This document shows positions 26,916 through 36,345 of a stretch of DNA of 64,000 nucleotides, piece after piece. Each line of letters opens with the position of its first letter. Position 1 is the stretch's first letter. The notes beneath the pieces were generated by a model. It was not told the DNA's origin and ran no database searches. It worked only from the letters and a program-made list of their open reading frames with translations. The position numbers were made by a program, and so were the translations under genes. Source of the stretch: Myxococcota bacterium (GTDB taxonomy: Bacteria > Myxococcota_A > UBA9042); contig JBMOIG010000006.1 of NCBI GenBank assembly GCA_049317445.1, positions 9,459 to 73,458 on the forward strand, in the 5' to 3' direction.

Positions 26916-26962
26916 CGCGCTTCATCCGACAGCCCCATTTTGCCCCGCTTCAGGAGCCCCCC

Positions 26963-27523
26963 ATGTACCTGACCGTCCTTTCCCTTCATTCGCTGTTGCG
27001 CTGGGTCGTCCTCGTCGCCCTGATCCTGGCGGCCACTGCCGCGGTGCGTGGCTGGACGGGTGCCCGCCCTTGGACGTCGGCCAGCGCTCGCTGGGGTCGC
27101 ATCGGTGTCATTGCGATGGACGTGCAACTCCTGCTTGGCCTGCTGCTCTACGCGTTCCTCAGCCCGATGACACACTCCGCCTTCGCCAACTTCGGCGCCG
27201 CGATGCGCGACCCCATCTCGCGGTTCTGGGCCGTGGAGCACATCTTCCTCATGGTCACCGCTTTGGTGGCCGTGCATGTCGGTTTCGCCACGGCCAAGCG
27301 CGCCGTCGAGCCCGTGGCCAAACACCGCAGGACCGCCATCGGCTTCTCGCTGGCGCTGGTGGCCACCCTGATCGCAATTCCGTGGCCGGGGACGCGCACC
27401 GCCCGACCGTTGGTCCGGGGCCTGTCGGAAGCCCCTGCGTCCATCGAAAGCCCTTTGAACTCGGGGCAGGGCGATGATTCAGCCGCCATGCCCGAGCCCG
27501 GGTCCACCCCCGCAGCGAAATAG
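26963..27523 (+). CDS. Integral membrane protein (four predicted TM helices), unknown function
   Basis: ATG 26963 with CAGGAG upstream. MYLTVLSLHSLLRWVVLVALILAATAAV... followed by three more hydrophobic helices. The upstream part of ORF 26516..27523 has no coding character. Confidence 0.55.
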   Translation: MYLTVLSLHSLLRWVVLVALILAATAAVRGWTGARPWTSASARWGRIGVIAMDVQLLLGLLLYAFLSPMTHSAFANFGAAMRDPISRFWAVEHIFLMVTALVAVHVGFATAKRAVEPVAKHRRTAIGFSLALVATLIAIPWPGTRTARPLVRGLSEAPASIESPLNSGQGDDSAAMPEPGSTPAAK

Positions 27524-27720
27524 GGCCGTTCCGGTCCTAAATCAATCGTGAATCCGACACGTTGACTTGCGCCGGAAGCGGAGCCAGCATCGCCAGCCTC
27601 TGGGCTCTTCCCAGAGCACGATGCCGGCGACCACCGATCACCGGCCTCCTCCAAAAAGCCAAGAGCGTCCCGCGCGGAAGGTCCGCCAAGGCGTAGGCTT
27701 TCTCTGGTTCAGGAGAGTCC

Positions 27721-29058
27721 ATGTCTCCCCCTACCCAGTCTCCAGACGGCGCGGCCTCCAACGGCCTGACCCTGCAGCAGGCCATCGCGGAAGCCCACCG
27801 CTGCCTCCTGTGCCACGACGCCCCGTGCAGCAAGGGCTGCCCCGGCGGCACGGATCCGTCGAAGTTCATTCGCCAGATCCGCTTCTACAACTTCAAGGGC
27901 GCGGCGCGGACCGTGCTGCGCAACAACCCGCTGGGCGGCGTGTGCGCATACGTCTGCCCGACGGAAGAAACCTGTCGCCATGCCTGCTTGCGGGGCGAGA
28001 TCGACACACCCATCGACATCGACGGGCTGCAGCGGTTCGCGGTCGAGTACGGCCGCAGCCAGGGCCTGACGGTGCTCGAGAAGGGCCAGGACAAGGCTGC
28101 ACGCATCGCGGTCATCGGCGCAGGTCCTGCGGGTCTGGCGGCGGCGGCCAACTTGGCGCGTTTCGGCTACAAGGTCACGGTCTTTGAGGCGCGGGCGGAA
28201 GCGGGCGGCATGCTCCGCTACGGCGTTCCGGCGCACCGACTGCCGCTGGAGGCGCTCAACGCCGACGTGCGAGAGATTGAGTCGCTGGGCGTCGAGATCA
28301 AGACCTCGCACCCGATCGACCGCGAGAACGCGACCGCGCTGCTCGATCAGGGCTACGCGGCAGTGTTCGTGGCCCCCGGTCTGTGGAAGGCGTTTGAGCT
28401 GAATCTGCCCGGCAAGGACCTGCAAGGTGTCGGCACGGCCCTCGAGTTCCTCGAGCTCGCCCGAACCGACACCCAAGCAGCTGCCCAGCGCGTCGCTGGC
28501 CGCAACATCGCGGTCATCGGTGGCGGCGCGGTCGCGATGGACGTGGCGCACACGGCGCGCGAGCTTGGCGCCCAGCGCATCTACGTCCTGACGCTCGAGG
28601 GGCTCAGCGAGCTTCCGGCCACCGCGGCTGAGCTCGACCAAGCCGGTGAAGACCACATCATCTTCAAGCCCCAGAGCCGCGTCGTTGCCATCGCCGGTCA
28701 GGGCGGCTTCGTCACCGGACTGCAGGGCTGCGAGACCGAGTGGGTGGTCAAGGGCAAGCTGACGCCCGACAACGCCCGCGACGTCGATGGCACCGGCTTC
28801 GAGTTGCGCGTGGGTGCCGTGATCCAAGCCATCGGTCAGGGACCCAGCGAGGTCGTCGGCCGCATCCTGTCTCAGGTCGAGCGCAAGGGCCGGTTGGTCG
28901 CGGCCGACGCGGTCACCCTGGCCACCAGCGTCGATCGCGTCTTTGCGGGCGGCGACATCGTGCGCGGCGCAGCGACGGTCGTGAAGGCGGTCGCCGACGG
29001 CAAACGAGCAGCGGACGCCATCCACAAAATGCTCACGGGTACGGAGGTGACGGCATGA
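27721..29058 (+). CDS. preT: NAD-dependent dihydropyrimidine dehydrogenase, PreT subunit (glutamate-synthase small-chain-like)
   Basis: AGGAGA RBS. Cys cluster CLLCHDAPCSKGCP...CPTEETC. Dinucleotide folds IAVIGAGPAGLAAA and AVIGGGAVAMDVA. 4-nt ATGA overlap with preA. Confidence 0.85.
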   Translation: MSPPTQSPDGAASNGLTLQQAIAEAHRCLLCHDAPCSKGCPGGTDPSKFIRQIRFYNFKGAARTVLRNNPLGGVCAYVCPTEETCRHACLRGEIDTPIDIDGLQRFAVEYGRSQGLTVLEKGQDKAARIAVIGAGPAGLAAAANLARFGYKVTVFEARAEAGGMLRYGVPAHRLPLEALNADVREIESLGVEIKTSHPIDRENATALLDQGYAAVFVAPGLWKAFELNLPGKDLQGVGTALEFLELARTDTQAAAQRVAGRNIAVIGGGAVAMDVAHTARELGAQRIYVLTLEGLSELPATAAELDQAGEDHIIFKPQSRVVAIAGQGGFVTGLQGCETEWVVKGKLTPDNARDVDGTGFELRVGAVIQAIGQGPSEVVGRILSQVERKGRLVAADAVTLATSVDRVFAGGDIVRGAATVVKAVADGKRAADAIHKMLTGTEVTA

Positions 29059-30293
29059 AGAAGCGTCCCAGCCTGGAAGTGAATTTCTGCGGCGTGAAGT
29101 TCCCCAACCCGTTCTGCCTGTCGTCGTCGCCTGTCGGCAACACCTACGACATGGTGGCGCGGGCGTTTGACCACGGATGGGGCGGCGCGGCGTTCAAGAC
29201 GGTCGGTCTGGACTACGAGGTCAAGATCACCCACCCGTCACCGCGCCTCAACGGCTATAACTTCGCGAACCACAAGGTCGTGGGCCTGCAAAACGTCGAG
29301 CAGATCTCGGATCGCACCACGACCGAGAACTTCACGGACATCGCGCGCCTGAAGAAGAACTACCCCAAGCACGCGGTCATCGCGTCGATCATGGGCCTGA
29401 CACACTCGCATGACTGGGTCGAGCTCGCGAAGATGGCGCAGGACTCGGGCGCGGACATGATCGAGTGCAACTTCTCTTGCCCGCAAATGACGGTCGAGGG
29501 AACGGGACACAAGGTCGGACAGGACGCCGCGCTGATCGAGACGTTGACCAAGCTGACCAAGAGCGGCTGCTCGATCCCCGTCATGGCCAAAATGACGCCC
29601 AACGTCGCGGACATGCTGCCCATGGCGCTCGGTGCCAAGGCGGGAGGCGCGGACGCGATCTCAGCCATCAACACCGTGCGCGCCATCTCGGCGGTGGACA
29701 TCTTCAACTACGTCCCAATGCCGACGGTGGGCCAGAAGGGCTCGGTGTCTGGCTTCTCGGGCGCAGCGGTCAAGCCGATTGCACTGCGTTTCGTGTCTGA
29801 GCTGGCGTCGGACCCGCGGCTGCAGCTGCCGATCAGCGCGATGGGCGGCCTGTACACGTGGATGGACGCGGTCGAGTTCCTGCTGCTGGGCGCCACCACG
29901 TTGCAGTGCACCACGGCGGTCATGCACCACGGCTATCGCATCGTCGAGGACATGAACGAGGGTCTCGAGGACTACCTGGCCGACCGCGGCTTCCAGTCCG
30001 TGCACGACATCATCGGCCTCGCGCTGACGAACGTGACCGACCCGAACGGCCTGACACACAAGACCCAAGCGATCTCGCTGATCGACAAGGACAAGTGCGT
30101 CGGTTGCGGCCAGTGCCTGCTGGCTTGCCGTGACGGCGGGGCGCAAGCCATCTCGCTGGACCCGCGCCGCAAGGCCGTCGTCGACGAGAACGAGTGCTTC
30201 GGCTGCTTGATGTGCAAGCACATCTGCCCGGTCGAGGACTGCATCACCTACAAGACGGTCCCGCACCATCTGGCGCATCTCGCGACCGCCTAG
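29055..30293 (+). CDS. preA: NAD-dependent dihydropyrimidine dehydrogenase, PreA subunit (DHOD-like barrel plus 2x[4Fe-4S])
   Basis: ATG 29055 (MKKRPSLEVNFCGVKFPNPF). ECNFSCPQM. C-terminal ferredoxin motifs CVGCGQCLLACRD and CFGCLMCKHICPVEDC. Confidence 0.9.
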   Translation: MKKRPSLEVNFCGVKFPNPFCLSSSPVGNTYDMVARAFDHGWGGAAFKTVGLDYEVKITHPSPRLNGYNFANHKVVGLQNVEQISDRTTTENFTDIARLKKNYPKHAVIASIMGLTHSHDWVELAKMAQDSGADMIECNFSCPQMTVEGTGHKVGQDAALIETLTKLTKSGCSIPVMAKMTPNVADMLPMALGAKAGGADAISAINTVRAISAVDIFNYVPMPTVGQKGSVSGFSGAAVKPIALRFVSELASDPRLQLPISAMGGLYTWMDAVEFLLLGATTLQCTTAVMHHGYRIVEDMNEGLEDYLADRGFQSVHDIIGLALTNVTDPNGLTHKTQAISLIDKDKCVGCGQCLLACRDGGAQAISLDPRRKAVVDENECFGCLMCKHICPVEDCITYKTVPHHLAHLATA

Positions 30294-30420
30294 CGCTCCG
30301 GCACCCCTGCTCCCCACTCGCTTCAGCCCCCCACAGGTCGACGGCCACTTCAAGCCGCGACTGATTCGCCCCGCCACGTCCTGCGGGAAGGGCGACGGCG
30401 GCGGAAGACCGGAGCCCCCT

Positions 30421-31632
30421 GTGCGTCAACTCGTCGCCATCGTGCTGGGAGTCGCCGCGCTGGGGGTCAGCGAAGTGGCGGTCGAGCGACTGCTGGGCGG
30501 CGTCGGCGGGCCGGTTCCCGCAATGTTGTTGCTGTTTGGACTGTTAGCCGTGTTGCGTCGCTCGCGGCCGGGGATGGCGACGGCTCTGGTCGGCGGACTG
30601 CGCCCCGCGGTCAACTTTCTGCTCGACTGGATGCCGATCTTCTTTGCTCCAGCGCTGGTGGCCGTGCCCGCCGTGGTGGTGCCGCAAACCGCTGTGCTGG
30701 TGCGCGTCGGGTTGCTGGTCGTGGTCGGGTTTGCACTGACGCTGGCGGCGTTGGCCGTGCTGACGACGCTGGTGCTGCGGTGGCGGCAGGCGTCTGCGCC
30801 GATTCCGCCAGAGATGCCCCGCGTCGGCCGCCCCCCCGAGCTGGCGACGGTGCTCGCCTGGCTCTCCGCAGCGCTGCTGGGGGCCCTGATCGCCCGACTG
30901 GTGCCGACGCCGTGGTGGTTGGCGTTGCCAGTTCTGCTGACCGCGACGGTTGCCGCGTGGCTTGCCGGTTTGCGCCTGCCCCGACCCGTCAGGCGCTGGT
31001 TGCACCCCGTCGTGGCCTGCGCGCTGGGCTTTCACGCGTTTCTGGCGCTGTCCGGGCTGGACCTCGCGACCTACCAGACCGGCGACTGGACCCACCCCGG
31101 TGCAGGCGACCTGTTGATGGCGCTGCTGAAACCAGCGGTGATGGCGCTTGCGCTTCAACTGGACGAGCGACGCGAGCTGCTGCGCAACCACCTGACTTCG
31201 ATAGGCATACCGGTGCTGGCGGGCTCTCTTGCCACGCTGGTGTTTCAGGCGTGGGTGGGACGCGCCCTCGACCTGTCGCCGGCCTGGACGCTGGCGCTGG
31301 TACCAAGGTCGGTGACCATCCCGATCGCGCTGCCCATGGCCCGCCAGCTGGGTGCGGACGGCAATCTGACGGCCAGCGTGGTGGTGGTCACGGGCCTGCT
31401 GGGCGCCGTGTTGGGTCGCAACCTCTTGGACCGCCTACGGATCTCAAGTCCCGTCGCGCGAGGTGTGGCGATGGGCGGCGCGGCACACGGACTGGGAACG
31501 GCGACGATGGTCGCGCCAGAGCCGGCCGCGGGAGCGGTGGCTGCTCTGGTCTACGCGTTGTTCGGCATGGCCTCGGCGTCGTGGCTGGCGGTGCCGTGGG
31601 TCGAGGTCTGGCTGCGGGCGCTGGCCGGCTGA
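30421..31632 (+). CDS. Fused LrgA/CidA-like plus LrgB/CidB-like membrane protein
   Basis: GTG start. The N-terminal ~120 aa has four helices with LLDWMPIFFAPALVAV (LrgA-like). The C-terminal part has SVTIPIALPMARQLG and RGVAMGGAAHGLGTA (LrgB-like). Confidence 0.75.
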   Translation: MRQLVAIVLGVAALGVSEVAVERLLGGVGGPVPAMLLLFGLLAVLRRSRPGMATALVGGLRPAVNFLLDWMPIFFAPALVAVPAVVVPQTAVLVRVGLLVVVGFALTLAALAVLTTLVLRWRQASAPIPPEMPRVGRPPELATVLAWLSAALLGALIARLVPTPWWLALPVLLTATVAAWLAGLRLPRPVRRWLHPVVACALGFHAFLALSGLDLATYQTGDWTHPGAGDLLMALLKPAVMALALQLDERRELLRNHLTSIGIPVLAGSLATLVFQAWVGRALDLSPAWTLALVPRSVTIPIALPMARQLGADGNLTASVVVVTGLLGAVLGRNLLDRLRISSPVARGVAMGGAAHGLGTATMVAPEPAAGAVAALVYALFGMASASWLAVPWVEVWLRALAG

Positions 31633-31641
31633 CTTCGCTCG

Positions 31642-34600
31642 CTACAGGGACAACGGCGCACCGTGGCGCATGGTGTGCACCGCAAAGCTGCGGCAGTGCA
31701 GGTGCGCCTTGGCAACGCCCTCGTAGTCCGGCGCCTGCGGCCAGGACACCGCGCAGTGCACAGCGCGCACGTGCCTTTGTCCCTTGGGCAGCGCGGTGGC
31801 GGCAGCGAGAACGGGCTCCCACTCCTCGGCCGTTCCGTCCAGCACGACCGTCGTCACGTGCAAGCGCCCCAGCGCGGCCAGAATCCCGTCACCGTCGACC
31901 ACTCGCACCACGTCGAACGCCGGGGGCTCGTCTGCGCCCGCCAGTTGCTGCGCCAGCCCTTGCCACGCCACGTGAGATTCCGCAGAGCAGGCAAGCACTT
32001 CCACGGGGTTGCCGGTGCAGGCCGCCGCCACCGCGTGCACGACCGCGTTGCCGCCGGGAACCCGCCGACCCGCCAGCACCACCACAGGGCCGCGCGGCAA
32101 CGACCAGCGATTGAAGCTGTCCTGACCGGGGATCACGCGATTCAGCTCGGTGCCTGACGCAAGTCCGGGCAACTGCTGCAGCATCCATGTCAGAAGGGCC
32201 TCGACGTGACCCCGCGACTCCGGGTCCAGCATCCCCTTGGGTACCGTCTCGAGCGCCCTCTGCATCGCCGCCGCCAGTCGCAGCCCCTTGGCCACCGAAG
32301 TGGACTTGGGAGCCGGGCCACGCTCGTGCACCGCGTGGTCGTGAGCTGCGTGCGGCAGGTCGTCGTCTTCCACCGTCGAAGTCTGGGGATTCTCCATGTC
32401 GTTCAGCACGGCGGCGGCCTGCGGGTCCATGGGACCACGCGAGAGCACCGAAGGCGCCAGCGACGAATAGAAGGAGGGCAGGTACTCGTGACCACCGGCT
32501 TTGGGGCCCGTACCTGAAAGCTTGAAACCTCCAAAGGGTTCAATACCTACCCGGGCACCCGTGACTGTTCTGTTCACATACACGTTGCCGCACTCGAGCA
32601 GGTCGCCGAGTCGGGCGATGTCGTCTTGCGACTGGGTGAACATACCCCCCGTCAAGGCGAAGTCGGTGCCGTTGAAGAGTTGGACCGCGTGCTCCATGGA
32701 CTTGGTGGGGATGATGTGGACGATGGGGCCGAACAGCTCTTTTTGCGCGTAACTGTCGGGCTTCACCGCCGCTTCGGCAGGCAACAGGACGACGGTCGGA
32801 CCGACCAGATGGCCTCCCCGCGGTGTACCGGCGAACGAGCGACCAGGCTCAGGCTGGGCCGGCATCGGTCCCGGAGCAGACTGCTGGCTGCGGTCGACCA
32901 GGACCTCGCCGCCGTTGTCGCGGGCTTCCTGTCCCGCGGCCTCCGCATCCTTTCGCAAGCGGGCCTGCTCCTGCGCGGTGATCACCGGATTGACGCGGGT
33001 GCCGTGCGACGCTGCCGGACCCAGCTGCAAGTCGTTGGCAGCTCTGCGGAAACGGGCGAGGAAGGCGGGCAGGATTCGTTCGTCCACCAAGATCCGCGAC
33101 GCCGCCGAGCACTTCTGTCCCGCGTGACCGAACGCCGAGTACAGGCAACCGCTGACCGCCTCGTCCAGGTCTGCAGAAGCCGTGACGATGACCGCGTTCT
33201 TGCCGCCCATTTCGGTGATGGCGCGCTTGGTTCGGCCATCGACCACCTGAGGCGCCATCGCGCTGTAGATCCACGAGCCCACGCCCACCGACCCGGTGAA
33301 GACGCTGGCCGAGACATCGGGGTTCTGCACCAGACGGTTGCCGACTTCAGCACCCGGACCCGTCATGTGGCGGAAGACCGCAGGCGGGACGCCTACTTCG
33401 CGCAACAGCCGCACCAGCAGTTCGACAATCAGCGGAGTCGGCCGCGCGGACTTCAGCAGTACCGCGTTGCCCGACACAAGGGCGGCGATGGCCATGCCGC
33501 ACGGAATCGCCAGTGGGAAGTTCCACGGTGCCACCACAGCCACCACGCCCCACGGCTTGGCCTCGGGCCAGGTCGTCTCGACGCGGAACGCCTCACGGGC
33601 ATAAAACATCATGAAGTCGATGGCTTCATCGACGTCGGCCAGTGCCTCGTTGCGCGCCTTGCCGCCTTCCAGAGCTGCGACCGCCGCAAAGTCCAGCCGC
33701 CGCACGCGCATCCGCTCGGCAGCCCGCATCACCAGCGTCGCGCGCTGACCCACCGACCGCGCCGCCCACAGGGGCTGTTGCGCTAGAGCTTCCGTGACCG
33801 CTACGTCGACGTCGGCGGCCGTGCAGAACGCGATGTGACCCAGCACGTCGTCGGTGTCGGAGGGGGAGCGAACCACCATCATCGGACCAGAGCGCACGTC
33901 GACCGCCGTCGCGTCCTCGCGGAACGGCAGCAGCAGCCGTCGCATCGCAATCGCCTCGTCGAAGGCCGCGCGATGCGGGGCCAGATAGAGGCGCGCAGGT
34001 CCGCAGTTGCGGAAGGGCGGCATTTCACTGGGCGGGTCAGCGACATTGAGAGGATCGCGTGCGATCTGGCCCTGTTCCATCGCCCCGTGGAGCACGCGGC
34101 TGGGGGGCGTCAGGCCGAGCTGCAGGTCCACGCCAGCGCGCGCCATCGTCAGCACGCCGACCTGCGAGCTGTTCTCGAGGATACGCCGCACCAGATAGGC
34201 CATCCCCACCAGCAGACTGCCCACCGGGATGTAGTTGCGAACGGCCCAGCCCTGCTTCGCCAGCGCGGTGCTGAGGCCCTCGTACGTCATGTGCAGTGCC
34301 TGATGCTCGACCGGCGGTGCACCCGGGTACATCAGCTCGCGAGCCTCATGGGCAAAGCAGTGGTCGCGCAGGTTGTGGCTGCCGATGCACAGCTGGACTG
34401 CGTCGTGGCAGGCCAGAATGCGCAGGACCAGCATCTGGAACATCGCGTCCGACTCGGCCTTGTTCAGGAACTCGGGGGCGCAAAAGCCATGCGCGTCGGC
34501 TTCGGTAGTCTCGGCGTCCCAGTAGGCACCCTTGACCAGACGAATCGGCATCCGCACGCCGCGCTGGCGACAGTACCCCGTCACAGCGTCCAGATGCTCT

Positions 34601-35970
34601 GGGGCGTCGCGCAGGTACGCCTGAATCGCGAGCCCAATGCCCGTGTGCCGACGCAGGTCCGGATGCGACAACACGCGGCGCAACATCAGGAAGTTCAGAT
34701 CGCGGACGTGGAAATGCTCAGCGTCCAGGTTGATGAAGACGCCCAACCGGCGGGCCTCCAGCAGGATGCGCTCGAGCCGTGGCCCCACACGTTGCCACGT
34801 TCCCTCCGGGTCGTCGGGATTGAAGTCGCTGCACAGCGCAGACACCTTCACCGACACGTTCGCCCGTTCGACGCCCGCCCGATTCTTGGGCTGGCTGGGG
34901 CCGTGCCGCTCTCCCAGACCGCGCACCAACGCCAGCACGCGGTCGCAGTACACGTCGGCTTCGGCCTCGCTGACCACAAGCTCGCCCAGCTGGTCAACCG
35001 TCGCGTCACGCCCCGAGTCGGCCAACCCCTGCAGTGCGGGCCACGCCGTCTCCATGGACTCGCCGGCGATGAAGATGCGCGCGAGCATACGCACGGCCCG
35101 CCGCGTGCCCCAGACCACCCAGACGACCGGGAACAGCGGCACCACGAAGTTCGCAAATCTACAAAGGTTCTCTAGCCACTTGGGCAGCGGCTGCCGGTCA
35201 CCGGTGCGTTCGTTTCGGCGGGCCAACCCCGAGTCATCGACGATGCGTCGCATCATCTCGCGCAGCAGGCGCACCACCTCGCCGCCCTTGCGGTCGTGGT
35301 CCAAGGCGGGCAGGGCAGCGACAAACCGCAGGGCGTGCACGCGCAGGATGGCGTACCTCGCGTTGAGGTCGAGACCCCACTGGCTGATGCGCTCGAGCGT
35401 CGTCGGCCGATAGGCGCGCAGGTCGGGCTCGATAGCAGCGACCCGCACGGCGATGCGACGGTTCAACTCCTCGTGCTGCCGCGCGAACTCTCCCTGCGGG
35501 TGCAGCACGTCGGGCAGGTTGTGGCGGGCGATCAGGGTCTCGATGACCAGCGGCGAGTTGTCGTCGCGCGCAGTGCGGTAGCCAGCGACCAGTGCCTCCA
35601 GGTCGGACAGTGCCCGCTGCACCCGCGCGCCTGAGTCCGCCGTCTCGCCGCGGTGACGCACGGCGTGCAGGATGCTGGCCTCGGCCGAGAACCTGGGAGA
35701 ACCCAACAGGATCCATCCGGCCTCTTCATTGACGACCACACTGAACAGGTGGCTGCCGATGTCGATGCTGGTCCGCCAGCAGCCGCGACCGGGGGCGATC
35801 AGGGCGGCGTGCAACGCCACTTGAACGGAGAGCGAGACCTCGTCGGCGTCGGACCGTCTCACCACCTCACCCAGGTCTTCCGAGCAGCGCAACAGCCAGT
35901 CGCGGCCACGCGCGTGCGTCTTCAGGGTCAGGATGGAGGGAAGGACGTCCTGCAGGAGCGGCTGGGACAT
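31642..35970 (-). CDS. putA: Bifunctional proline dehydrogenase / 1-pyrroline-5-carboxylate dehydrogenase, long form with C-terminal ALDH-like domain
   Basis: 1442 aa. PRODH barrel motifs INLDAEHFHVRDL, GLAIQAYLRDA and IRLVKGAYWD. ALDH motifs VAPWNFPLAIP, FTGSVGVGSWI, EMGGKNAVIV and GQKCSAASR. An extra C-terminal domain of about 240 aa. Confidence 0.9.
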   Translation of the reverse strand: MSQPLLQDVLPSILTLKTHARGRDWLLRCSEDLGEVVRRSDADEVSLSVQVALHAALIAPGRGCWRTSIDIGSHLFSVVVNEEAGWILLGSPRFSAEASILHAVRHRGETADSGARVQRALSDLEALVAGYRTARDDNSPLVIETLIARHNLPDVLHPQGEFARQHEELNRRIAVRVAAIEPDLRAYRPTTLERISQWGLDLNARYAILRVHALRFVAALPALDHDRKGGEVVRLLREMMRRIVDDSGLARRNERTGDRQPLPKWLENLCRFANFVVPLFPVVWVVWGTRRAVRMLARIFIAGESMETAWPALQGLADSGRDATVDQLGELVVSEAEADVYCDRVLALVRGLGERHGPSQPKNRAGVERANVSVKVSALCSDFNPDDPEGTWQRVGPRLERILLEARRLGVFINLDAEHFHVRDLNFLMLRRVLSHPDLRRHTGIGLAIQAYLRDAPEHLDAVTGYCRQRGVRMPIRLVKGAYWDAETTEADAHGFCAPEFLNKAESDAMFQMLVLRILACHDAVQLCIGSHNLRDHCFAHEARELMYPGAPPVEHQALHMTYEGLSTALAKQGWAVRNYIPVGSLLVGMAYLVRRILENSSQVGVLTMARAGVDLQLGLTPPSRVLHGAMEQGQIARDPLNVADPPSEMPPFRNCGPARLYLAPHRAAFDEAIAMRRLLLPFREDATAVDVRSGPMMVVRSPSDTDDVLGHIAFCTAADVDVAVTEALAQQPLWAARSVGQRATLVMRAAERMRVRRLDFAAVAALEGGKARNEALADVDEAIDFMMFYAREAFRVETTWPEAKPWGVVAVVAPWNFPLAIPCGMAIAALVSGNAVLLKSARPTPLIVELLVRLLREVGVPPAVFRHMTGPGAEVGNRLVQNPDVSASVFTGSVGVGSWIYSAMAPQVVDGRTKRAITEMGGKNAVIVTASADLDEAVSGCLYSAFGHAGQKCSAASRILVDERILPAFLARFRRAANDLQLGPAASHGTRVNPVITAQEQARLRKDAEAAGQEARDNGGEVLVDRSQQSAPGPMPAQPEPGRSFAGTPRGGHLVGPTVVLLPAEAAVKPDSYAQKELFGPIVHIIPTKSMEHAVQLFNGTDFALTGGMFTQSQDDIARLGDLLECGNVYVNRTVTGARVGIEPFGGFKLSGTGPKAGGHEYLPSFYSSLAPSVLSRGPMDPQAAAVLNDMENPQTSTVEDDDLPHAAHDHAVHERGPAPKSTSVAKGLRLAAAMQRALETVPKGMLDPESRGHVEALLTWMLQQLPGLASGTELNRVIPGQDSFNRWSLPRGPVVVLAGRRVPGGNAVVHAVAAACTGNPVEVLACSAESHVAWQGLAQQLAGADEPPAFDVVRVVDGDGILAALGRLHVTTVVLDGTAEEWEPVLAAATALPKGQRHVRAVHCAVSWPQAPDYEGVAKAHLHCRSFAVHTMRHGAPLSL

Positions 35971-36345
35971 GTTTCACCGGAATGGCAGGGGGCGCACGGC
36001 ACACGGGCGGGGGGAGCCCGGGGTCACACGACCGCAAGGATAGTCCACGGTGCACCGATTCGATAGCGAGGCAGCCCCTTGGGCGCACCGGAAAGGGTCC
36101 CTCGGGCGGATGACACACGGGCAGGTCAGCACAAGCTTCGTGGAGAGTCATCCTGTTCCGTTTTCAAGTCACTGATTTGGCTAGCTCTTTCGCGGGACGT
36201 GGCATGGACTCGTCCCCAAATCGCCTTTCAGGTCAGCGCAGCGAACACCTGAGGCCGCAAGGATTCTTGCGTCGTTCTGGACTCCACGCGGATCCCGTCG
36301 GCCGCCCGCGGCTGGGTCGAAACGACAACAACCTGTTCTGCAAAG

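Noticed and set aside
26516-26962. Upstream part of ORF 26516..27523. The analogous upstream part of ORF 28740..30293 precedes preA.
   Set aside because: The upstream part of 26516..27523 overlaps the lipase gene 5' end in antisense and lacks coding character. The real start is ATG 26963 with a Shine-Dalgarno-like motif. The upstream part of 28740..30293 lies out of frame within the preT coding region, and the real preA start is ATG 29055, which overlaps the preT stop (ATGA).
27709-29025. 438-aa minus ORF opposite preT. Analogous antisense ORFs lie opposite the dihydropyrimidinase (61694-63169), mmsA (60372-61658), the aminotransferase (58607-59899), the radical SAM/aat genes (40322-41875) and the vWA/hemH genes (19022-20566).
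   Set aside because: Each lies opposite a gene with strong family motifs and shows shadow-ORF composition.
30780-32114. 444-aa plus-strand ORF overlapping the lrgAB fusion and the putA 3' end.
   Set aside because: It is out of frame with a coherent membrane protein and runs antisense into putA. Arg/Pro/Gly-rich with no motifs.
35971-36345. 375-nt region upstream of putA, examined for a sigma-54 promoter, small RNA or tRNA.
   Set aside because: No TGGCAC-N5-TTGC match on the relevant strand and no cloverleaf. Only a weak GC hairpin (GCCGC-CC-GCGGC) and an AT-richer patch. Not enough to call a feature.
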